This document shows positions 12,401 to 24,900 of a DNA stretch of 64,000 nucleotides, one piece after another. The position numbers were made by a program, and so were the translations under genes. Source of the stretch: Paragordius varius (lineage: Eukaryota > Animalia > Nematomorpha); the NCBI GenBank assembly GCA_964247055.1, contig OZ176051.1, forward strand, positions 9,672,001-9,736,000, in the 5' to 3' direction. The notes below the pieces were generated by a model, which ran no database searches, was not told the DNA's origin, and was given only the letters and a program-made list of their open reading frames with translations. The stretch's first letter is position 1; every line of letters starts with the position of its first letter.

Positions 12401-13477
12401 ATTTTTAAGTTCAAAAAACACCTAAATCACAGCTTATTTCGATAGAAGAGGTTGATATCTAAAAATCCCTAATTGTGCAGCCATAATAATATACCATGCA
12501 ACAGTATAATAATATTTTCTCAGTCAATAAATTTTTCCAATCAATAAAAGACTTTTTTATTTAACAAACAATTAATGGAATATTTAAAAGTATTTTATTG
12601 TTTATACTCCAACAAAAATCATAAATGTCTTTTTTAAGTGATCATATGCATTTCTTTTTTCATGTTATATTTTATTAATATTCTCAATGAAAAAAATATG
12701 TGTTAGCTAAATTAACCAACGAGATAAATATTTTTTGGTTTTTCATTTTTTTATTACAGTACCTTAGTAGGTAAATTATTTCATTTATTTAGAAGCACAT
12801 AATGTATTTTAAGGATATTTTTGGATCTATTTAATTTTGGATATGTAAATAGAATATTCAAGATTGTACACTAGTAGCAATTACAAAAATTGTATTTATA
12901 TCCATTTAATGCTCATTAGAAAACGTTATATACCAAAGCCTGTTAATAATTTAATCTTTCCAAATAAAAATTATAAAAAAATCCAAAGAAGAATTTTATA
13001 TTAAATAATTATTATAATTCATCCAAGATATGCCTGTATAAAATTATATTGTAATATTTGGCCAAATAAAATTATTTCGTTAAATCAGATAATTATATAT
13101 CTCCTAAAAATAATATAACCAACCTTATAATCTTTAGAAGTTTTATTTGCAACAGTTGAACTTCGGTTTCTTGTTGAGGGTGATGAATTATTATCGGGTA
13201 TTTTCATTATCTGTTATTAATAACAATTATATTTTAAAAAAAATATAAATTATTTTAGCATTTGCACAACCTGTCCGGGAAAAAGAGTTCTTGAAATTAA
13301 TTTATTGTATTTTAATAACTGTGATGGAAGAATATTATATTTGAGAGATATGCTTTCTATTGTATCATTGTTTTTAACCTAGAAAATAACGCGTTAATAT
13401 ACTATATAGCTAGATTTTTCATTATCTGTATCAGATTCCATATTCATAAATTTTAACGATATAATATCAGTGGACAT
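5657..13477 (-). CDS. OXR1: Full-length OXR1/NCOA7 (mustard) family protein, LysM-GRAM-TLDc, 794 aa, 14 exons (13477-13403, 13378-13271, 13210-13124, 12267-12192, 11672-11512, 11376-11015, 10940-10441, 9897-9684, 9403-9280, 8928-8824, 8503-8342, 7713-7618, 6184-6111, 5897-5657)
   Basis: Exon sum 2385 nt and all phases match. LysM SYIVKNNDTIESISLKYNILPSQLLKYNKLISRTLFPGQ; GRAM-like GTLLFAPNMIMFD; KPIFMHLTF..NDFWYCM; DDWQ; complete TLDc. Small extra exons near 12300-12460 are not excluded. Confidence 0.9.
9406..9433. repeat. (TA)n microsatellite abutting the OXR1 exon 9 acceptor
   Basis: Uninterrupted TA run directly before the AG at 9405-9404 (minus strand). Confidence 0.9.
10067..10252. mobile_element. 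Palindromic Tc1/mariner-type MITE in an OXR1 intron
   Basis: TA|CAGTATAA...TTATACTG|TA; near-perfect inverted arms; same family as 3341-3536. Confidence 0.8.
11874..12157. mobile_element. pogo/Tigger-like MITE in an OXR1 intron
   Basis: TA|CAGTAAAAA..tatacggacaaa..gacaaatattttt..aaaagacaacc and its inverted counterpart ending TTTTACTG|TA. Confidence 0.75.
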
Positions 13478-13893
13478 TTGGAAGAAATAAATTCATAGGC
13501 GAACTAGATATAAGAACATATGAAATACCATGAATACATTATCCAGGGCGCAAAATATATATATTTACCTTGTTTGGAAACAATATCGCGACTCTTTTAG
13601 TACTTTAAAATCAATTTAAAATGAGGAAACTGCCTATTAAATTATTAAAGAATGTCAAAAACCTTATCCTTTTATTTTCACTAGCTTTTCACTTTGTCTT
13701 AGTTTACATTTAAGGGTAGTTTATACCCCAAAAAATTTTAAAATTTAATTATCCCAAATTGTTCTAGTGTAATAGAAAAAAAGCTTAAATTTTTTACAGT
13801 TTCCTGACTTCAAAAAATAGGGACAGCTTTTATTAAAAGAAACAAATATTTAATATAAAAACATCAAGGTTTGGCTGGTTAAATGTAGCTTAA

Positions 13894-14465
13894 CACTTCG
13901 ATTCAAATTGGATTATCTAAATACCCCAGACTAAATTTGAGTTAGGATTTTAAAAACTAGTTAAGAAACGGTCCCAATTTAAATTTATGCTTCTATCCAT
14001 AAAAATTATATAAATATGCCAAAATATCTAAATAAAATTTTGTTTTAAAAAAAAGTTCCATGTCAAACTACTTCGACGCTATTTATATTTCACAAAATTT
14101 TTGGAAAATATCGTCTTCATTTAATTTTAAGGGTAAAATTAAAGTTTTTTATTTAAATTACATCTAGCAATGATAGAAATAGAAAAAGCTGTTTATTTCG
14201 TATTATTTTTTAATTTTACCATTGCACGCATGCCACGTTGACTAAATTTTTACCTTTCGGTTTTAGCTTAAAATAAGTAATATCAAGTATTTTTGAATAA
14301 ACTTTTTTATATATTTTGGTTTATTAATGTTATATAAGTGCAAGATTTTGCCATGGTTTCGATTCCTTCCATATTTTTTAAAGGATTTAATTTTAAACAG
14401 GCCTAGGGTTTTTAACTACCCTAATTTGAATCGAAGGACTAAAATGAATGTGTTGTATCCAAGTG
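13894..14465 (+). mobile_element. piggyBac-like MITE family M1, complete ~572 bp copy
   Basis: TTAA|CACTTCGATTCAAATTGG...cctaatttgaatcgaa-spacer-TTGTATCCAAGTG|TTAA; TTAA target on both sides. Confidence 0.85.
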
Positions 14466-14524
14466 TTAAAGTAATTATTTATATTTTATAAATATAATAT
14501 AACACTGTGCAAAAAATAAGCTGA

Positions 14525-14526
<2 letters not shown>

Positions 14527-14564
<38 letters not shown>
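14527..14564. repeat. (TA)n microsatellite
   Basis: Visible TA run. Confidence 0.85.
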
Positions 14565-14566
<2 letters not shown>

Positions 14567-14623
14567 TATAATAGGAAAATGCATCATTAATGCCTTTGGT
14601 TTTGGGCCTTGTGAGTGATTTAA

Positions 14624-15100
14624 TACTTCTAGTTAAATTAGGGTATCAAGCTATTTTCAAGTAGTATTTTTAAAAACTACTGAAAGAAACTTTTAAATTT
14701 TAAATTCATGCTTTATGCTAAAAAAATTTATATATATTCCGAATTATCAAAATAAAATTTAGTTTTCGTAAAAAGGTTCCGTATCGAATTTGCGCCATTT
14801 TTATTTGTCATTTTCAAAAAATATCGTGTTTATTTGATTGTAAGCCTAAAAAATTTTTATTTTTCCATTCAACATTGATATAATCAGAGTTTTTTTTGAA
14901 TTTGTATTTACTTTATGCACACATATCATGTTGGCCAATTTTTCCCTTAGGTGTACCTCTAAATAAGTAATATCAAGTATCTTTGAATAAATTGTGCTTT
15001 ATATTTCGGTATATTAATGTTATAAAAGTGCAAATTTTTGCCATGATTCCCATTCCTTCCATTTATATGCGTTGTTATGCCGTTTCCAAAAGGCCTCAAA
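14624..15100 (+). mobile_element. Degenerate M1 copy
   Basis: Interior motifs (aaaaactactgaaagaaac, aaataagtaatatcaagtat, aagtgcaaatttttgccatg) match 13894-14465. Confidence 0.65.
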
Positions 15101-18100
15101 ACACTATAAAGTACGCTTAAAATAAATTTTACAGTTAAATTTTTGAAAGTATGCATTTTTTAAAAAAATTTATATAATTAAAATCTAGCATGTATTTAAT
15201 TTAATTTAATAGAGAAGTGTGCATTTTTGTTTTCATTTAAAAAGGCTGGCCGATTTTAGAAGAAAGAAAAAATTGGGACCGGATCCCACATAAAAAATAA
15301 ATTTTTTAAAATATTAATTTGCTTTTTATATGTAGAATTTTAGTTAAATTTTTTGGGATGAAGCATTTAGCTTTCAACAAAAAAATTATTAAAAAAATGT
15401 GCTCGAATTTTGTCATTTTCTGATATGGACTTACACAAAAGCGTCCACTGTATTATATAACTCGTAAGGGGTAAAACCAAAAGCCTGTAACATTTCTATA
15501 TGGAATATATATTTCATCTTGATATTTTTTCTGTACACTATATATATTATATTTTTGAAATAAAGCATTTAGCTTTTAACAAAAACTGTATAACCAACTT
15601 AATGAGTTTTATTTGACGATAGCAAGCAATTACCACAAATGTAAATTATATAATATAAATTTTAAAACTAAAAGCCCAAAGAGAATCTTAGTACAACATC
15701 TATTAGTTATATATATATTATCAAGATTTTTTATACTTTTCCATTTTGGGTGAATTAATTTCTATATGTTTCTGTTGGATATTTTTTACTTGCCTATATG
15801 TATTCGTATAAGAATTTAAAAGAATAGGTATGAAGTGCATTTGGAAGAGTGTGGCGAAACCGCATCGATTTCTCTAAGGCCATTTGTTATCATTGTAAAT
15901 ACTAATAATGCGTCATCATTTGTTTGATTTGAAATCAAGAGTATAAATTAATCATTTTTTATAAAAATTATAGGATGATTTATTTATGTGAGAAATTATA
16001 AAATATTGTAATTTACAATTAACACGTAAAATGATTAAAAAACCTTTATATTTGATATTTTTGAGAAACAATGAAACGGTCGAAATTTAATTTTATATTT
16101 CCACCCTAATAAAAATTATATAAAAAAGCGGAAATTCAATATCAAATTAACTCGACGCCATTTTAATTTTTAAACATTTTTGCAAAATTTCGTGATAGTT
16201 TAAAAAGCTCAAATTAAAGGTTTTTTTTTAATTTATATCATATCTCACATTGTTAATAGTAAAAGTCAAATTTTCAAACAAACGGGGCTAAAAATTGGAC
16301 AAATTCAAAAAAGACTCTATTACCCGAAGCATTAGCCAAAAAACAACTAAGTAGGTCTACTCTAGACATTCAAAAAACTATTGGGTAATGAATGGAACAT
16401 CTATTTAGGAATTCTACCTACATTTTTTTAAACGGTTACAATGGGCTATTAATCGGAGATTTAAATTGTCAATAATAGTTTGAAAGTTGTTGTTTTAATA
16501 CCAAACATCATTTCCCTCAATTATAAAACTTATATTTTTCACGGTAGCAAATATTGAGAGCTAAGGACACCATTAACTTGATTATTTAAAAATTATTCAA
16601 TTTTCTGACTGAATGCAATCTATCTCATGTTAATTACACTAGACAACAAATTTTAACTTTTTTTAACTGCCATTCTTGTAAATTTAAAATTTATTTCATT
16701 AAAGTACATAATTAGTATATCCGAAATAAAAATTGGTCTTACATGGAAGAATTTTTTTATATAAGAGTTTATCGATAATTTTTGGCCCCGATTTAACATT
16801 AAACTCGAAATTTCGAAAATTCAAAGTTTTAGATATGAAGCCATGTATTTTATATCATTCGAAAGAGCGCAAAAAACTGCATCTTTTAAATGGTAGTAAG
16901 TCATTTAAATCCATCGGATGTAAAAGTTATTTGGATTTAAATATTCAAAATTTTTAATCCTTAAATAAGTCAGGAATTTTTACAGACAAACTAATTTGAA
17001 AATCATATAAATTATTTTAATATAATTATTAGGGTTATATTAGTATTTAATTTAAAAAAAATGTTTGGAAAAGCTTTTGGTTTGATTTTTAATAAAAATT
17101 ATTATTATCATAAATATTTTACCTAGTGGATACTAAAATGCATAGTTATAACTGTAAATTTATTACATAATGGCTATAATAGATTAAAAATACATTTAAC
17201 TTTGTTTTTATCTTTAAATTTTCGAAATTATCAGCCTTGTAAAGAAAATAAATTAATATTGATGAGATGGTAATTTTTAAAAAACAAAAAACTTAAAAAT
17301 GGCTGTTTTGAGTGACATAAAAGCAATAAAAAATGTTTAATCAAAAAAAACTTTCTTGTGTTATCTTTTTTGGACATTCATCTCCATCTAAACAAAATTT
17401 GAGCTATTTTCATCCATTAGTTTTAAAAATATAATAATTAAAAGAAATGCTCTCGCTTCGCGCGTTTGTCGCTCTTTGTGTCCAATATTAACTGTCGATG
17501 TAATACATATTAGTATACATTTTATGGAGTTTTTAATACTCTTTCGAATGATATATTACAAATGGGCATTACTTGTATATTTTCAAAGAAAAACATTTTT
17601 TAGTAAAATTTTGATAAAGAGGGCGCATAATCAAAAAAGTCAATTTATACAGAATTCTTCCAACGAGTTATAATTTTTATTTCAGATTTACTGTTAATAT
17701 GATATTAAATATAAAAAAATGCAAAAAACTCGAATGGCAGAAAAATTTGTTGTCTAGTGTTATCTACATTTTGTATCCATAATATATATTCTGTATATTT
17801 GCCATTTAAAACTTTATTACCTTTGAGTAGGATTTAGATCTCAGAAAGATGGAAAATTTACAAATTAAAAATGTAGTTTCTTAGTTTTTTGGGCCCATAT
17901 TTTTAATTATTTGATCATTCATCACATTTTCCCCACTTTTCTAAAAATTTTTAATTCAAATACAGCAGTCGAATAAGTGTATATGGTTATTTAAATTAAC
18001 ACTTGGGTAAAACGGATTCATTTTAGTCCCTCGATTCAAATTGGGGTAGTTAGATATGTTTAAATATAAATATTACAAAAATATGTAATATATTAATGGC

Positions 18101-18516
18101 AAAAGTTTGCACTTATATAACATTAATGAACCGAAATATAATAAATATTCATTCAAAAATATTTGATATTACATCTTTAGGGGTAAAACTGCAAGGTAAA
18201 AATTTAGCCAAGATGACATTTGTGTATGAGCCAAATACAAATATAATGCAAAATATACCACTTTTTCTGTTTACTGTATATTTATATTATCAAAAATTTA
18301 TTTCATTAACTGGGTATAATATAATTTGGTGAAGAATACAAAAACAAGAGCTCTATAATATTAACCATATCATATTCATTAGTAAAAGAAGTGTGGGGGA
18401 AGGGCGTTGGAAATCTTAAGTAAAAAAATAAAAATCTTAAAATATTGTTAAAGGGGAATGGTAATATTTTTTTTTTAGCAAAATATATATTAATTTTTGA
18501 TAAAATTTTTATTTAA

Positions 18517-19093
18517 CACCTAGATTCAAATTGGGGTATCTAAATATACCCCAAACTAAATTTGAGTTAGGATTTTTAAAAAACTAATTAAGAAACGGTT
18601 CCAATTTAAATTTATGCTTCTATCCTAATAAAAATTATATAAATATGCCAAAATATCTAAATAAAATTTTGTTTTGAAAAAAAAAGGTTCCATGTCAAAC
18701 TACTTCGACGCCATTTATTTTTTACAAAATATTTGCATAATGTCGTCTTCATTTAGTTTTAAGGGTAAAATAAAATCTAATTTTTTATTTAAGTCACATT
18801 TAACATTGAGAGAAATAAAAAGAGCGATTTATTTTGTATTATTTTTCAATTTTACCATAGCACACATGTCACGTTGACTAAATTTTTACCTTTCGGTTTT
18901 TGCTTAAAATAAGTAATATCAAGTATTGAGTACGTTATATATTTCAGTTTCTTAATGTTATATAAGTGCAAAAATTTGGGATGGTTTAGATTTTTTCCAT
19001 ATTTTTTAAAAAATTTAATTTTAAACAGGCCTGGGGTATCCAACTACTCCAATTAGAGTCGAAGGACTAAAATTAATGTGTTGTATCCAAGTG
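18517..19093 (+). mobile_element. Complete M1 copy inserted inside the Tc1-like element
   Basis: TTAA|CACC..GATTCAAATTGGGG ... TTGTATCCAAGTG|TTAA. Confidence 0.85.
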
Positions 19094-19563
19094 TTAATAA
19101 CCACCTAAATATAGATTTTTATGTATAGGTAAAAAAACATTTATATATTTAATAAAATATCACAAATAAAACAATCATATAACGGACAAAATACAAGGAT
19201 GTAATCGATTGTGTATATATATATAAGGGAAAACATAGGAAATGAATATGGAATTATATAGCGTTTATAAAAAAATATTATCGAACTTAATGCGTTTATC
19301 CTAAAATGCTCTGTTTGGGAAATTTAAAATACAATCAAATATATGCCAGTTTACCACTATTTAACCCTATTGAATGTTTTTTTCTAAAATAATTGTTTTG
19401 AAAAAGCATATATCTGGAAATTATTTTTATATCGGATTGTGTGATCAAAGAAAAATGAAATCGTCTCTGATACTTAGATAAAATTATGGTTAAAATTTTA
19501 TTCTCCAACCTTAGTTTTTTTAAAGCAACAATAATTAAAATTCTTTTTAAAATTGAAGAGATT

Positions 19564-20514
19564 TTAGTTTTCTTTCGTCGCACAATCTTTTGATTCTGCA
19601 ATATTGTTTCTAGAATATAGTGCATCTTTTTTTTCATAATAAAATTTTAATTCGTGAAAAAAACATTCGATAGGATTGAGCTGGGGCGAATAAGGTGGTA
19701 AATATATAAGCTTGTTTCTTAAATTACCCAAAATAGAAACATTTATGAATGGGTGCGTTGTCGCATATGACAAACGCATCCTGTGGTAACATGGCCAAAA
19801 ACTCCTCCAAAAATGGCTTAAAAGTCTCGCCATTGAACGCTCCCTGTTTGATGCTATAATTAACAACACCCTGTATGCCAATCATACACAACAAAGAGAC
19901 GTTTTTACCTATAATACAATAAACATATACCTTTATTAAAGCCCTTTACGATAGGTGCCTGTCCTGACGGTGCCCGACGGAATATATTTTTTGCTATCAA
20001 TGAAAACCCTGATTCATCTAAATAATAGATTTTGTCTAAGGGTATACCCTTCACAAGAGAGGCATACTCTAAATCGTTTCTGAATAACCAGCGAGGAATT
20101 GCGCTGTTGAGATTCCATATACACCTTTTGCACGTGTAGTATATTATTTTAAATATTTTATATAAGGTTTTTTTGGATAAATTATTCTGTAGGTAATTTA
20201 TTCAGAATCTCATCAGTCAATTCACAATCATTATCGAGGATTGTTTTGACCTGCTTGACTAGACCTTCATTGCATTTCGTTTTCCTAACCTTTTTCAATG
20301 GCTCTTTCTTTATTCCCAGATTTTCGTCTCATAGCATTTATGGAACTTATAGACATGTCTAAATCATCTACAAAATGACGAAACGATAATTCATGATTTC
20401 TTCCCGAAAATTTTGTAGGCCTTAGACTTTTTTTCATCTGACCAAAAATGATATACTAAAATTAACAAAAACGGTACTTTTCTTTTTTCCTCTACGGTTA
20501 AATGAAGTTGTCAT
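19564..20514 (-). pseudogene. IS630/Tc1-mariner (DDE_3-type) transposase pseudogene with 22-nt introns
   Basis: QQRNSSLVIQKR..IYYLDESGF (D1), FNK|GKNVSLLCMIG..GAFNGETF..FVICDNAPIHK (D2), LIYLPPYSPQLNPIECFF (E); HTH-like SFRHFVDDLDMSISSINAM; several frameshifts (near 20402, 20075, 19745). Confidence 0.85.
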
Positions 20515-20536
20515 ATTTTCATTCCCGATTTCATTA

Positions 20537-20810
20537 TTAAAGTCTAAATGAAAAAAAAACCATCGTTGCCAGGTACAATATTTTGTGTGGGTCTTATATC
20601 TTCGTCAACATAATCTGAATCTAACATTATAAAGGAAAAAACCATCAAGGACACCAAGACAAGTCTCTAATATCAATTCCTTTCCGTCTCATTATCACCT
20701 AAAGTCTAAATGAAAAAAACCATCGTTGCCAGGCACAATAGTTTGTGTCTGTTTTATACCAGCGTCAACATATTCTATATCTAAAATTATAAAGGAAAAA
20801 AATACCGCAA
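20537..20810. repeat. Direct tandem duplication, period ~161 bp, upstream of the transposase
   Basis: aaagtctaaatgaaaaaaaccatcgttgccagg(t/c)acaata...gtcaacata...attataaaggaaaaa occurs at ~20539 and ~20701. Confidence 0.85.
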
Positions 20811-21960
20811 TACCAGGGTTACATCCTAATGAAATTGGAAAGTGATTATTTAATATAGCATCTATCGCTAATATCCCTTTTAAAATCGTTTCCATATCAA
20901 AATAAAAAAAATTATAATTCAGATAAAAATTACGATTTTCCCAACCCTATATAAAATAATTTTTAAGTGAAGGGTTAGTTGTTACTGTATTTTAATTTAT
21001 TAACAAAGATTTCCGACGCCCTTCCCCAACACTTCTACTCTTTTAATGAATATGATATGGTTAATACCACAGAGCTCTTGTTTTTCTATTCTTTACCAAA
21101 TATTTATACCCATAAAACGAAAAAAAGTAAATTTTTGACATAAAGTATACATGACTGTATATCAATGTTAGATGTTATTTTAATAGAAAAGTAAACTTAA
21201 TTTTAGGCTTAGAATCAAAACACGATATTTTGCTAAAATGTTGCAAAATGAAAATGGCGTCCAAGCAGTTTGATGCGGAACTTTTTTTTCCCAAAACTTC
21301 ATTTTATTTAGTTTTGGCTTATTTATATAATTTTCATTAGGATAAAAGCAAAAATTTAAATTAAAACCGTTTCTTTTATTAGCTCTTTAGAATATCAATT
21401 TGAATTTTGTCTGGGGTATTAAGATACCCCAATTTGAATAAGTGTTAACTCTATAGAGATATGAATTGACCAGCAAAGATTTAAAATATATTTATTCTAA
21501 AATCCACTGTTTTTATCATTCTTTTGGAGCTATAACATTTGAAATAGAAGTTAAATTACTGTAAAATATATATTTTATTTACAGGAGAACAATGTTTGAT
21601 GCTTTTTAAAGTTTATTTACATTTTTAAGCTGTGGGATATAAAACTACCCCAAAATGTCTTCGATAAAAAGCATAAATATAATATAAATTGTTACCAAAA
21701 ATTAAATTATGGCCAAAAAGTTTTCAAAGATGATTAATTTTTTAGTCATGAACCTAAAAAGCTTACCAATGCCATATCATTACTTTTTAAGATTTTAATT
21801 TAAAAATCCAGATAATAAATTGTGAATAAATTACTTCAGACATCGAAGCATCTACAAATCACAAAAATTCTACGCGTTTTCTCCAATGCCTCAAAGATTT
21901 TCATTTTTATACATAAGTACGCATGCATTGTTGGGTTATTTAAAATTTCATATTTTAAAA

Positions 21961-24900
21961 ATGAGAATTTATGTCATTTTGTTAGCAGTGATATTTGGCG
22001 TTCTTCACTCTTTATTTATTAATAAATTATTCGAAAATGATAAAACATTTTCGCTCCTGTCAACTATGGAGCGAGAACTATCTTTTCGAACGGAAATGGT
22101 AAATCTAATTTATATTTAGGGTTTTTATTATTCTTTTTATAAAGAAATCGTTTATCAACCTAATATTCGTGAAGCTATAACTAATTTACTTCAAAATAAT
22201 CATACCGAATATCCGAAACAAATTAACGCTTTAAAACGGTTTAACATTTACCCAGAGGTATTAGAATTTATAATATATAGCTATTTATAGGTATGATGTA
22301 TCGGATATTAAATTATACAACATTTTCAAAAAGTAATAAATTTATCGAATGTTGGTGGATTAACCGGGCTGAAATGCCTTCAGTCAAAAGTTGTATTGGT
22401 AGGTTTTAACATAACCTAAAATACATTCTTGTTTAATATCAACACGAATATATTCCTTTATTTTTATAATTTTGATTAGGCATTGGAGATCCAATTTATT
22501 TCTATGTTTATTGTGTAATAGCCCTCTCAGGGCTAACCGCTTTTTCACTGTTTTTGATAGGATATTCCCTAAGGTAATCTTTTTCATCTTATTAATGTTT
22601 AGTGATTCTGTTTGGGGCGGATTGATTACTACGGCGTGCTTTTACTTTAATCATTCTGAGGTATTTCATTTTTGTATTTTTTTCAAAACATAGTATAAAA
22701 TAAATCAATATTTAACAAGTTTTGTTATTATTTTACTTATATTTAAATAAGATAAATATTATTGATATGATATGTTATAGGCCACACGGGTTCAATGGAC
22801 TATACCGCTGAGAGAAAGCTTTGGGTATCCGCTATTTGTTGCTCAAACATTAACTCTGATACTCATGATGAAGTATTTAATTTAAACTGTACAATTTTTA
22901 ATAATGATGACAAAAATTGAATTTTATGATAATTTTGATATAAAAATTTTTTTATATATAGAACTCAGAGAAATCAAACAGTTTTATCCATTTTATACTT
23001 ATTGTTGTCAATAATGCTACATCTTTCCTGGCAAGTAATATATAACTATTTATAATATGAATTTATATCGGAAAATACATTTATTACATATTTTACATCA
23101 TATTATTTATTTAGTTTATGCCATTTATTATGTTTACGCAAGTGGTATGTTTGGTTTGTACCTATTTAGCCTTATATCAGCCTTTGGATTGTTATAAAAA
23201 TTCTTGCAAGGATACAAATAGCGTTAATGATAAACACGAAAAAATAGCTGAAATCAACACATTTTGGCGGAGGAAAGCCCTGTTTTTGCGATTTTTATGT
23301 CTACAAATGGTATTTTAATTAATTTAACATAATATTTTTTTGATCTTGTATAAATTTAGTTAGATTACCATATAAAAAACGCATTAAAACATCAAATTTT
23401 TAGAGTTTAAATCCAAAATAACTATTCGAGCTTTTTTTAATTGACGATTAGATTTTTATAAGATTTGTTAGAATCACCCTGGTCCTTAATTCACAAACAC
23501 GACAGTTTAAGTTTTTACCGTGCAATAACGGCGTTTTTAGAAAAAATTTGTACAAAAAATGAGTAGTTATATTATAATAAATAGATTTTTGTGCTTTTTA
23601 CTAGATTTCATTGATCGTATCATGGATTCTCCTATTTTTTAATCCGTCCTTACTAATATCTTTTCATTGTTCTTCCATTGTGATTGGTTTTGTAAGTTTT
23701 AAAAATTTATATGATATTCCAAATTAATATAATTTATATATTGGTATGATTTATACATGACATTTTAGATTGCCATAAGGTATTTTGAAGTGCTCGCCTT
23801 TAAAAAATTGGATAAAACTCAATCATTACTCACCGGCTTTGGTTGGAAAGTATAGCTTAAATTGTTTTAAATAAAATGTTTATAGATGCTTTATGCGCTA
23901 TCCTACATTTCACTTACAATCGGAATGAAAGCGCTGCTCTCTATTGCTTTGAATTACAAAGATGATGTAAACCTTTTTATAGTTTATATGTATTGTATAT
24001 GGCCGTATAATTTTATTAATATAATTTTGAAGTTGTTTTAAATGTTTTGAAAATTAAGAATTATGTGTTAATATTGAAAAATAAACAATAAAAAGGGAAA
24101 TGATTATATCATTTTTATAATTTGTTAAATTTATTTTATTTGTGTAGAATCATGTGTATGAAATATTATTGAACAAATTTTCAAATTATCGGACAATCCA
24201 TACCATGCTCTACACTTGTAGTGCCGAATTCAATTTTTTGGCTTATGAGGTATTCATCTTAATTTAAAATTTAATAGTATCAAATTTGAAAATTGAAAAA
24301 AAATAGATATTTTGTGTTTTAATCACATATTTTTGATTTCAGACTTACCGGAAACTCTTTAATACTGGATTATTACCACTGAGCATATTGTCCATCACAT
24401 TAACCCTTTTAAAAGTATTTTTTATTATAATATGTAAACAACCTTACTCTAAATACTTATAAAATACCATTATTTTTTAGATAACAATTATTTTTTGCAA
24501 GATTGTAACTTATACCGTTCTATGTTTAATTTGAAATAAATTTTTAAACCATTTAGAGTACCTTAACCGCGGTTTTGAAAAATATAAAATTTTAATCTTT
24601 CTTTATTCCAATATTGAATGAAGTAAATATAAAGGTATTATGAATCTTTATTTTTTTACGAAATCATTTTTCTAACTAAAAATAGTGGTTTCTATTGAAT
24701 ATCGGATTAAAGTTAGCAATCGTTTTTAGTGATTCCTGACTTAAATAATCAAGAACAGAAAAAATACATTATAAAATTTTCGTGTTATTACCATCCTAAT
24801 ATTTGATATACATCATTATATAGTTAGAGCTTAACTAAAGTATGTAATGAGATTAGATTCATTCGAATAAATAATGTTTGTAAGCCAATTTTAATATTTT

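Larger units (their letters stand above)
18274..21157 (-). mobile_element. Decayed IS630/Tc1-mariner element, ~2.9 kb, ~145 bp TIRs, TA target
   Basis: Inverted repeats 18274-18420 / 21005-21157 (e.g. aaaaacaagagctct..ttaaccatatcatattcatt..gggaagggcgttggaaatctt); right end ACTG|TA, left TA|CTGT; encloses the transposase remnant. Confidence 0.75.
18000..21444 (-). mobile_element. M1 copy in reverse orientation, split by the Tc1-like element (halves 18000-18273 and 21158-21444)
   Basis: TTAA|CACTTGGG at 18000 and AAGTG|TTAA at 21444; the two halves join at ...ctttttctgttt / tatcaatgttagatg, which is contiguous in the intact reverse copy near 55310. Confidence 0.75.

Noticed and set aside
12315-12460. 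Extra OXR1 micro-exons
   Set aside because: Candidate phases are not compatible with the phase-0 acceptor at 12267; the model is already in frame without them
15840-15950. GC-richer patch with an open minus frame (LISNQTNDDALLVFTMITNGLREIDAVSPHSSK)
   Set aside because: No recognisable homology or convincing splice partners
16290-16500. Possible LTR integrase remnant (QTNG..., NEWNIYLGIL)
   Set aside because: Only two weak motif echoes in different frames; cannot be supported without a search
14959-19043. Short ORFs 14959-15156, 18096-18332, 18674-18877, 18852-19043 (also 42453-42683, 55225-55449, 55745-55963, 62988-63179)
   Set aside because: Chance ORFs inside M1/M2 MITEs with stops and indels differing among copies
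20544-20560. 17-nt (and 15-nt at ~20704-20718) GT-AG intron candidates
   Set aside because: Equally explained by homopolymer length change in a dead element; GTT donor differs from the GTA seen in all supported tiny introns
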